From: Paragordius varius
Lineage: Eukaryota; Animalia; Nematomorpha
DNA length: 64,000 bases
Reading direction: 5' to 3'
NCBI GenBank assembly: GCA_964247055.1
Contig: OZ176053.1
Location: forward strand, 5,456,001-5,520,000
Shown here: piece after piece, positions 1-12,000 of the stretch
Layout: each line of letters begins with the position of its first letter
How positions within the stretch are numbered: position 1 is the stretch's first letter
Made by a program: the position numbers and the translations under genes
Notes under the pieces: model-generated
What the model saw: only the letters and a program-made list of their open reading frames with translations
Told to the model about the DNA's origin: nothing
Database searches by the model: none

Positions 1-3000
1 TGGGGCGGGACCCGCTAAATTTCGGACAGAATCCATTTCCATCCCGAATGCTGGTGCTCTGGCCCTTGAAAAGGCAGCCATTGCCATGGGCCTAGCAAAA
101 TCTGCGAATTCCAACACTGCGTTAAAGTTTTATAAAATGTTATAAAGCCAAGAGATGCACACAAAAAAGCGAAAAAAGTATGATGTGGTTAGTGAAAATT
201 TTATTATTCTTCTTTTATATCAAGATTATAAAGAAGCATATGAGCCTGCCGATCTAAAGTTAAATTTATAATCATATTTTATCATGGTATAGAGTTCAGA
301 TTGCAATTTTTAAGATCTATATAATAAAAATAACTATATGAAAATTATATAAAGTGTGCTATATTCTCTAAGAATTTACAATAACATTGAAATTTTTTAT
401 GATTATAGTATGAATTTATTCCCCACTGAAACTACTAAAATTATATCTTTTGTTCAGCAAAATAGTAATTAATAACTAAATATAACGGTTAAATTGCGCA
501 GACAAAATTAAATTTCCTATAACTTAATTTATACTTATTTTAATATATAAATTATTAATATTTTTTATTCAATAGCATAATATTTAAACATTTGACTGTA
601 TAACTGGGAAAAACCGTTCATGAAACCATAAATATTTAAGACTCCCTAATTTCTACAGCTAAATCATGCATTTCAAAATTCGTCTTATTACCGAGGTGAA
701 AAAGCGTAGATAGATGTTTAATTTAGGCATTAAAATTTTATATTATAGACATGCAAAAATTAGGTAAAGAAGTTAAATAAAAAACTTAAGGGTGCTTGCT
801 ATATTAATTCATTTAAGCGCCAAAGGAAAAAAATTAAAAACATTATTTTTTTACTTTTCATATTGCGCCCACCCCAACCACGCACTATCAATATATATCA
901 CATAAAGATAATTATATTACAAAAGTCATTTTGAATTTATCCAGTTATATTTATAAAATGCAACATTTCAAAATCTATATTACCTGGATAAATGTTATCT
1001 TCAATGGGTGAATAGATATTTGCATCAGTCAATACAAATAAGTTTGATTTCTATGCCGAAATATTGATTATTGAATTAATTAGAATCAAAGTGAAATATA
1101 CAACATGTTTAATAAAAAAATCAATTTTATGTCCTAAATAATATCCATTTAATATAGGTTTATATTATTTATATTTAAATTAAATGCTAGAAATATATTT
1201 TAACCTTTCATAATGAATTTCTTAATAAGTCAACCATTCCGCATCATACTGTTTTACATTTTATTTTACACCAAAAAAATTTTGATTAAAAAGTTATCAA
1301 TGTTAGCGTTTATTTCAAAGACTACTATGATATGTAATGGAAACGTTTGGTTTAATATTAATTAATACAACAAGAATATATCTGTTATGGTAATAGAAAA
1401 ATTTGTTTTTAACATTAACATCACCATAAAAAAATATAAATTTTACATTAATATCGCTTTAAAAAAAACATATCATACGTGCCTACAGTATTTGCAGTGT
1501 ATTTAAAATAGTATTTACCACAACCAAACGCAAATTCCATTTTAGATTCTATAAATCCAAAAAAAGTCAATCAAAAAAAGGTTAATCAAAAAAATCACAT
1601 CAAATATTTCAGCTGTATTGGCATAGTTTCGGTAATCACGTCGACCATAAAATACATTATCATTGGAAGAGCCAGAAAAAGATTCTAATTCACTTTCTAT
1701 AACAGAACGTGAGATATCATTATCAGCGCCGTTTGAAGTGCCGAGTAATTGCACACTCTTATCCACGGCTACGATACCTAACCTTGCTTGAGGTGATGTT
1801 TTAAGCTAAATGATATAAAAAATGATGTTAAATTTTATAAAAAAAGGGTGAATATATATATATATATATATATATATGGATTTTAAAATATCGAAAACTT
1901 TAATAATCTTTGTAAAAAAGTAAAAATTTTCTGAAATATAATAATAAATATCTAATAAAAAATTTTAATAGCATATTTCATTTTTATAATATAATTAGCA
2001 AACTGTATTGTGCTGCATTTTTTTTATTTTATAACATTTTATCAATATATATCAAAATTATTCTTATATAAAAATAAAAATCATAATATCGATACATTCA
2101 ATACGGCTTGCTGTCTAGGTCCAAGAGTTAATAAACTTTCCCCAATATTATTATTTCCGTTTTTATCGAAATTGGTCGTAAGAGGTTTTACACCTGTGCC
2201 AGGAACAAATGATAGATTTACCTGGAAAAAATATATTTATTCAAAATATAAAGCATAAATATTTTGTAAATTTTAAATAAAAAAATCTATTTTATAATAT
2301 TCGAAAGGTTTTAAATATATTATTGACAAATAATTTATATTTAAATTGAGACAATGGAGGTAAATAGCTCAAAAATTAAATAATAAGTTACATAGTTAAA
2401 TTCTATTAAATCTAATTAAATCAATTTTAGCACAACTAATTAATTTGTAATAAACTTTTAAAATAAAATTAAAACACAAAATTGTAACTTATATACCCTT
2501 ATTTTCCATGCATAATTTTTTACTCAATAACATAATTTTGCATAAGCATTTCAAAAGGAATGATATTAAATTTAGTCGTTTATTATATCCAAATATCTTA
2601 CAAAATTTGCCCTAATTCGTTAACCGAAACGATAATTTGTTACGCTATAACGGTTTGTTTTGCTAAAAAAATGCCCAATAATTATTATTCCCTTTCGGAA
2701 AGTTAAATTATACCATTTACAATTTAAAATCACCTTGAAATTCACCCTAAAATTATGTGTTTTCGGGCTAATATAACTTATCATTAATATGATATATATC
2801 TAAATGGAATAGTTTATTATTTTTCATTATTATAATTTCAAACAAAATTTCATTTTTGAACAATATAAAAAAAATACAAGTTTAAATCTTACAAAACACT
2901 TAATTTATTTAAGGGTGAATTTGAATTGGTCGAGGGTGAATTTGAATTGTTCAAGGGTTAATTTGAACTGTAAATGGTATATATTGGCACCTTAAAATAT

Positions 3001-6000
3001 TAAAAAGTAGTAAATACTATCGCTTTCAATTTTGACATACAAAAATTACAAAATTTGGGCTAAATTATTATTAATTCGAAATGATTATTTATCCGCTATA
3101 ACAGGTTTTTTTTTACTTAAATATTGTCCATTTAGATTTTACCTCTCGGGAAACTTAAATATATTAGCATTTTAAAATATTAATAGGGTAGCAAATATTA
3201 TCAATTTAACACCACAAAAGTCATAAAATATGCACTAAATTGATTAATTCAAAAAAATAATTTATCCAGTGTAAGGCTGCGTTTTTTTGCTAAAAAAAAT
3301 TGCCCAATATTTTGATATTTTTGGGAAAACTCCAATTATATTAACATCTTAAAGTAAATAGCAAATATATTAGCTTTTATTCTTGAAATTAAAGAAAAAC
3401 TTACGAAATTTGCGCTAAATTGATTAACCCGAAACGATAATTTATCCGCTATAACGGTGCGTTCTTTTCCTGGTTCTGCAGTTCCTGTTACACTGTAAGC
3501 TAAAACCATAAATGTCGGGGCTAGACCCGCTTCAATAGGGAAAGTTATTTCAATCTTATTTTGGATGTTTCCATTTGAGCTAGATTTTTCCATATTCTGT
3601 GTGTGAGTATGTATATGATAATTTTTTAATAATTTTTAGATCGTATTTATTAAATTTTATATAGTTCTTTAATAATTCTTTATAATAATGTAAATCATTC
3701 TTTTATTTATGATATTGACAGGAAGATTTTAAATTCAAGTAATTCAAAAATAAAACACAAGATGAAATATCAATTAAAAAAGAATAAATATAATATATTT
3801 TATAAAATATACCGTATATGTTTTAATGGCGTAAATGCGCCCTCTCGCAATAAAAACGACCGTAAGGAAGGGAATGGGTCCAGTTGAAACAGCTCTGATT
3901 TTGTGTGACGCTCCCAACTATACAGTCATGTAGACTTTAATTTATCAAAAATATACTTTTTTTCGTTAAATGGGTATTAATATTTGGTAAAGAATATAAA
4001 AACAAGAGCAATATGGTATTACCATATTATATTCTTTAAAAAAAGTAAAAAATGAAGGGGAAGGGCGTCGGAAATCTTTGGTAAAAAATGAAAATACACT
4101 AACTACTAACCCTTCACTTAAAATTATTGTATAAAAGGGTTAGGAAAATCGTAATTTTTATCTCAATTATAATTTTTTTTGTTTTGATATGAGAACGATA
4201 AAAGGGATTTTTACGATAGATGCTATATTAAATAATCGATTTGATCCAATTTCAGGATGTAACCCTGGTATTGCGGGTATTTTTTCCTTTATAATGTTAG
4301 ATTCAGATTATGTTGACGAAAATATAAGACCCACACAAAATTTTGTCCCTAACAACGATGGTTTTTTTTTCATTTAGAATTTAGGTGTTAATGAGATCGG
4401 CGGGAATGAATTGATAGTAGATCCTGGTGTCCTTAATGGTTTTTTTGCCTTTATAATGTTAGATTCAGATTATGTTGACGAAAATATAAGACCCACACAA
4501 AATTTTGTCCCTAACAACGATGGTTTTTTTTCATTTAGAATTTAGGTGTTAATGAGATCGGCGGGAATGAATTGATAGTAGATCCTGGTGTCCTTAATGG
4601 TTTTTTTGCCTTTATAATGTTAGATTCAGATTATGTTGACGAAAATATAAGACCCACACAAAATTTTGTCCCTAACAACGATGGTTTTTTTTTCATTTAG
4701 AATTTAGGTGTTAATGAGATCGGCGGGAATGAATTGATAGCAGATCCTGGTGTCCTTAATGGTTTTTTTGCCTTTATAATGTTAGATTCAGATTATGTTG
4801 ACGAAAATATAAGACCCACACAAAATTTTGTCCCTAACAACGATGGTTTTTTTTTCATTTAGAATTTAGGTGTTAATGAGATCGGCGGGAATGAATTGAT
4901 AGTAGATCCTGGTGTCCTTAATGGTTTTTTTGCCTTTATAATGTTAGATGTTGACGAAAATATAAGACCCACACAAAATATTGTGCCTGGCAACGATGGT
5001 TTTTTTCATTTAGAATTTAGGTGTTAATGAGATCGGGAATGAAAATATGACAACTTCATTAAACGGTAGAGGAAAAAGGAAAAGTACCGTTTTTGTTAAT
5101 TTTAGAATATAATTTTTGGTCAGATGAAAAAAAGTCTAAAGCCTATAAAATTTTCGGGAATCCCAGAAATCACGAATTATCGTCTCGTCATTTTATAGAT
5201 GATTTAAACATGTCTATAAGTTCCATAAATGCTATGAGAAGAAGCATGACTCTGGGAATAGAGAAAGAGCCATTGAAAAAGGGTAGGAAAACGAAATGCA
5301 ATGAAGGTCTAGTCGGGCAGGTCAAAACAATCCTCGATAGTGATTGTGAATTGACTGTCGATGAGATTCTCAATAAATTACCCACAGAATCCAAAATATC
5401 CAAAAAAACCTTATATAAAATATTTAAAATATTAAACTACACGCGCAAAAGGTGTATTATGGAACCTCAACAGCGCAATTCCTCGTTGGTTATTCAAAAA
5501 CGATTTGAGTATGCCTGTCTTGTGAACGGCATACCCTTGGACAAAATCTATTATTTAGATGAGTCGGGGTTTTCCTTGATAGCGAAAAATATATTTGGCC
5601 GGGCACCGTCAGGACAGGCACCTATCGTAAAGGGCTTCAATAAGGGTATATTTTTATTTTATTTTAGGTAAAAACGTCTCTTTGTTGTGTATGATTGGAA
5701 TACAGGGTGTTGTTAATTACAGCATCAAACAGGGAGCGTTCAATGGCGAGACTTTTAAGCCATTTTTGGAGGAGTCTTTGGCCATGTTACCACAAGATGC
5801 GTTTGTCATTTGCGACAACGCACCCATACACAAATGTTCTATTTTGGGTGATTTAAGGAACAAGCTTATATATTTACCACCTTATTCGCCCCAACTTAAT
5901 CCTATTGAATGTTTTTTTCATGAATTAAAATTTTATTATGAAAAAAAACCAAGATGCACTACATTCTGGGAACAATATTGCAGAATCAAAAGATTGTGCG

Positions 6001-9000
6001 ACGAAAGAAAAACAAAATCTCTTCAAAATTATTATGATTTTTCAAAAAGAGTTTTAATTGATGTTGCTTTAAAAAAACTAAGGTTGGAAAATGAAAACAA
6101 TTTTAAACATCATTTATTGTAAGTATCAGAGACGATTTAGTTTTTCTTTGATCGCAGAGTACGATATAAAAATAATTTCCAGATATTGCTTTTTTATAAC
6201 AATTATTATAGAAAAAAACATTCAATAGGGTTAAATAGTGGTAAACTGGTATATATATATGATTGAATTTTAAATTTCCCAAAATAGAGCATTTTAGGAT
6301 ACGCATTCAGTTCGATAATATTTTTTTATAAACGCTATATAATTCATATTCATTTCCTATGTTCTCCTTTATATACACACACAATTCATTATTTGTCCGT
6401 TCTATGTTTTATTTAATGTGATATCCTATTATAAAAATTATAATAAATTTTTTTTACCTATATAAAAATCTATATTTAAGTGATTTGTTGTTTAACAATT
6501 GGATACAACACATTCATTTTTAAGCTAAAACCAAAAGGTTAAGATTTAGTGAATGTGACATGTGTGCAATGGTAAAATTGAAAAAGAATACAAAATAAAT
6601 CGCTTTTTCTATTTCTATCAAGGTTAGATGTGATTTAAATAAAAAATTATCTTTAATTTTACCCTTAACACTAAATGAAGACGACATTTTGCAAATATTT
6701 TGTAAAATAAAAATGACGTCGAAGTTGTTTGACATGGAACTTTTTTTTCAAAACAAAATTTTATTTAGATATTTTGATTTATATAATATTTATTAGGAAA
6801 GATAAATTTAAATTGGGACCGTTTCTTTCACTAGTTTTTTTAAAAATCCTAACTCAAATTAAGTCTAAGGTATATTTAGATACCCCATTTGAATCTAGGT
6901 GTTAAATAAAAATTTTAACAAAAAAAATTAATATATAAAATTTGCAAAAAATTAACAAAAATATTACCATTCCCCTTTAAACAATATTTAAGATTTACAT
7001 TTTTTACCAAAGATTTCTGACGCCCTTCCCCCACACTTCTTTTAATTTTTTTAAAGAATATGATATGGTAATACCATATTGCTCTTGTTTTTATATTCTT
7101 TACCAAATATTAATACCCATTTAACGAAAAAAAGTATATTTTTGATAAATTAAAGTCTACATGACTGTATATTTCAATTTTCGAAAATAAATTAAAAAAT
7201 ATAAATTGATAGGAAAATTAGGTTAAAAATGTTAAAATTTATTTCTAAAAACTCAGATTTTTTTTAATTCCTACATAAAATTTTGTTAATGATTTAATTT
7301 TTAAACTACTATGAAAAAATCCAAATTTTAATATATTTGTAAAACATTTTAAAAAAAACTCTAAATTCGTTTTTTTAAACTAAAAGAATTTGTTTTTTAG
7401 CAATAAAACTTTTAAAACAAAACCTGTAGTGGACTATTTGCTTGATTTTGGGGTCTAGAATCTTGAAGTTCCAGAAAAACGTTTGCTGGTTCCACAAATT
7501 TCGTGGCACTAAAAGTGGACGTACGGGTTTGACCAATAATTGTTGCCTTCAAAATGGAGAAAATAAATTTAATTAAAATTTTGGATTTTTTAACAATTTA
7601 TTTGATGAAAAGTTAATGTCTTTCACCATACTTAAATTGCTTAAGTAACTTTATCATACAAAACTTAAATTATTATTAAAGCGCAATAAAAGAATTATAC
7701 CAATAGAAATCACAATTTAACGGTACAATCGAAATTTGTTTAAATTTTAAGCTGTATTTTTTAGTATGAATCTTTCAAAGGTTTTCAAAATAAAGCTGAA
7801 ACCATAAGAATACTATTTATATTTAGAATAATCCTAAGATAAGTAATAAAAAATAAAGCAGTCATTTATTCTACTGCATATTTTAATTGACTTGGAATAT
7901 GCGACATTTAGTTTTGGGATTGCAAAGTATTAAAGTTAAAAATCTGCCGATTATATATGAATTATAATAATGGAGGATATATAACGACATTTTTTTAAAC
8001 CCTGATTAATACTCATTATTTTTGCAAACATTTAAACACATGTAATTTCTTATTAATATAATTTAATTTAGGAACTTATCAGGTTTATGCTATTAAAAAT
8101 GATAAATTAATATAAAAATTGTATAAAATCATTCTAAATAACCTTTTAATAATATCATATTGAAAACAAAAATTAAAATCACAAAATTAACCTCAAATTC
8201 AATCCTTGACACTTTTTGTGATATCCCATCTTTATCGTGTTGACTTACAAAAGTATGAGTAAAACAATTTGCCGAATTTGTCTCTGTAAAAGGAGAATTA
8301 TTAACACTACAAGAAACTGTAGAAGGGCCAGACTGAGAATTCAAATCGATCGTTATATTATCAGTTTCAACAAGGGTAGGTATACTGTATTCTGTCCTAC
8401 GTGAGGTATTTACATTGCGATTAGTGTTACTAGGCCCGAAAAAGCTTGGGATTATATTTTGTGGTATAAGATACGGTTCCTCATAATAAATGGTTCGCTT
8501 CAGTTGAATTTGAACGGGATTGTAGGGGGCACGTATTTTACCATTAGGACCAGTTAATAGAGGATATTGTTGCAATAAAAATTCATTTTTAATTGGGAGG
8601 GGTGTACCATCAGCTTGTTGAACGGTTATCTATAAATTATATAAGCAAAGAGGTAAAAACTAAAAGACATAATTTTATATAAGGAAAACCATATATAACT
8701 GTAATATAACAATGTCAAATATATATACCAATTTACCAGTTGCTTCTTCCGTAATAAAAATATAGTTGTTTTGTGAAAAATATTAGTCATTTAGTTTTAA
8801 CTTATATATATATATATATAATTCAATTTTTACTGCTATAAAAATCTCGTATAATTGAGTTATGATTTTCAAAAAATGATAAATTTTATTACGATTATAG
8901 TATAGGGTATCTGACGTGCATCCATCCAAAATATTTCTCCAGTTCGCGAGAAATTTCGACTACAAAACGTTAAGTAATCTTATTAATTAATTTTTTTAAA

Positions 9001-12000
9001 CAAATTTTCCGATTTAGTTTTGGCGAATTTTGGCAATTAACTAGCAAAAATTGTTGAAATAAATAGTAATATTTACAGTCTTTTGTTTAAAATCTAATGA
9101 AACATTTTTTAGTGCCCATATATTTTGCAAATGCGAACCGTCAGATTTTTGATCCAAAAATGCGGCCCGAGAAGTCTGTGTTATAGACCCCTGATTAGAG
9201 GCAAAGTTTCAAAATGCTTGCTTATTTTAAAATCAATCGTTAACTTATATAAAAATGTAAAATTTTGAGTTTATGAAAAACATATAAATATATAATTTTT
9301 TAAAACAATAAGTCAAAACTAAAAACCTTATCAATGTACGCTATTGCGATACAATTAAATATTAGAAATATATTCAATAATAAATTAAATTTTAAATATC
9401 TACTAAAGCTCTTTAAATATGCGTCGCAATATGTTTACCTTAATTATATTAATTAATTTTTATACATTATTTTAAGTGTTTACCATGCCACAGGCTTACA
9501 CTACCGATTCCAACAATATATCGAAAAAATTCTCTCATTTTTAAATGGCTAATAAAATATCTCGAGTTATATAGTAACCTTAAATGAAATGTAAAGAAAT
9601 AAAAGGTCATTTCTTAACAAAAGAAAAATAATGTCCAGTACACACTTGATGTCAAAAGTATCTAATTTTTATGTTAATAAGAAGATATAGTATGGAAATA
9701 ACTGTATATAAGTTAATTTTTATGTTAACATGATGATATAGATAGGATAATTAACCTGTATAGGATAAGGTAGACCCGGTTTAAAATAAGTCGGGCCCTG
9801 AACCGATAAAAATAGCGGGAAGTTATATATTTGAAGTGAATTAGTTTTGCTAATTTTCTTTAGTGTTTGAGTATCTTCAAAATCTAAGCTGACTTCAAAT
9901 CGGCGTCCATAATTGAAAGAACTAATTCTATATTGGAAAAAAAGAATATAATATTATTTTAATTAAATTAATTAATCATTCTAATGATGGTAAATTAAAA
10001 CACATATAACTATTACAATAGTTTTATACACATTTTCATATTAAAAACAAACAGAACGAAACAAAAACATAAGAACTGGTTTTCAAAAGCATCATTCAAA
10101 TAAATATTACAAATGTTTGTGAATGTTAATATCATATTGATAACTCTATTATTTGAAACTGAAAAAACACTTAATATAATAATTAGAAACAAAATATAAT
10201 TTTTTAAAAAGTTAGGTGCTTACAAGTTTTCTAACTCTTTGCCACTAATTTCAGGTTGTTTAAAGACAAGGGTTAAATCAAAAGCATATTTTGCTTTTTC
10301 GTCAGTCGAGGTCTCAATCACCTGTTTTAAACTTTCTGTAATGTATTTATTCGTTTTTGTATCATATCTCCCATAAGTGTCTTTTAGCATTATCGTAGCT
10401 TTTCCTTGGACTGTACCGCCAAAAGTATACCTTTGGTTTGGAAATAAAAAAAGGATTAATTTTGTTTTTTTTAAAAAATAAAATTTATGTTATCATTAAT
10501 ATTAAGACTAATTTTATTCTTTTTAATTATGGCTAATTCCATATTTTTAGCATTCTTTTAATTAGTTTTACTTAAATCATGAAGACTCGATATAAAACAT
10601 TATATCACGAATAATTATAAAAATACAGTAAAAATTGAAATTATACGGACAAAACGCAAAAATATAAAGACTAATATTTTTTTCAAACCATACTTTTTTA
10701 AACATTGATTTTTTTCATATAAATTATACTACAATCCAAATATATATAATTGAATGTGTTACCTATATACATATCAATTTCATGCTTTGTAGTTTAAAAC
10801 AATTAGTCATATTTAAAATAAGATTCAAAAAGCATGGTTGTTTCGAAAAAAATATTTGTCTCAATATTTTTACGTTTTGTGCTGTGTATAAAATTAAATT
10901 TTAATAATACTATTATACTTTGGTTCAAAATTTCCAATCACACGTACAGTTATAGATTGAATTTCTTCTTTTGAGGCTTTTGATTTATCAAGTAAAGTAG
11001 AAAATAAAAATTATATAAATTTATAAATATTATATAATTTTAAAACGAAAAAACTATATATGGCTTATTATTTTTGAAGACTAAAATTAACAAGATTTAA
11101 AAATTATTTTTAAAATAATCCTTGTTTTCAATCTCAAACAAAATAAAATATCGTTACAAGACCGTTATTGGTTAACCGTAATACGAAACGACTAGTTTAA
11201 GACATAGAAATATTTGGCAGTATTAAACGAATTTTCTTCAAACATTTATAAAAATTATTGATTATAAGACTATATTATACATAATATTCCTTGGTCCGTC
11301 CAACTAATTTCCAAAACTTACTAAAAAATAAAAAATTAAATTACAGAAACACAAAATAAAAAATAAAAATAAAAAAGAAGTTATAATTTTGGAACAAAAA
11401 GCTTTTAGTATGCAATAATATTAAAACTTTTCAAACAATCCTAAGAAAATCATCCCTAAAATATTCAAAAACATTTTTGTGTAAAAAAATATAGTATGAT
11501 TACCATTAGGGATTAATGCTGGTTTACGTTCCATTATACCCCAAGGTGGGGTATTTAATGTAACTTCAAACGTAGGTAACACATATTCAGCCACTTGAAA
11601 TGATTTACTCGATTCAGGGGTCGCGGTTGCTATGCTAACGGCAGAATTAGGACCATCAGATGTTTTATTATCAGCTGATTCGTTGGCGCCAAAAAGAACG
11701 CCTACAGACCAGGAACCAAGGACAGCTCGCTCAACTAATTGAAAGGAGGCCGTGACCATACCTTAAAAATTTTAAGATACATTTAAAAAGTTTGAAACAA
11801 GAATTATATTAACATTAATATGGACAAGTAATAAGTGAAATTGCTTGATTAATTACTATGCTTATATTAACCGATAGCATAAAGCATAATTTTTTATTTT
11901 TATGTAATTTCCATGATTATAAAACGCAGGACCGGTTATTATTTTGCAATATATATAAAAAATAAATATTGATTAATAAAACTATTAAAATCAAAATAAA

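Larger units (their letters stand above)
3923..7167 (+). mobile_element. Autonomous IS630/Tc1/mariner DNA transposon, copy 1 (3,245 bp), inside a TEP intron
   Basis: TA|CAGTCATG...CATGACTG|TA ends. TIRs are perfect for the first 105 bp and imperfect to ~168 bp (3923-4090 / ~6998-7167). It contains a transposase with DESGF, DNAPIH and LPPYSPQLNPIE motifs. Matches copy 2 at offset 40,048. Confidence 0.97.

Noticed and set aside
4189-4377. 62-aa ORF and a possible coding repeat (162 = 54 codons), perhaps with stop-codon reassignment
   Set aside because: Every unit has an in-frame stop on both strands and one unit is 161 bp. Host genes end in TAA/TGA and encode Gln as CAA/CAG, so the standard code applies.
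4260-5040. CRISPR-like array
   Set aside because: The units are contiguous near-identical 162-mers with no unique spacers, no cas genes are present, and the context is eukaryotic.
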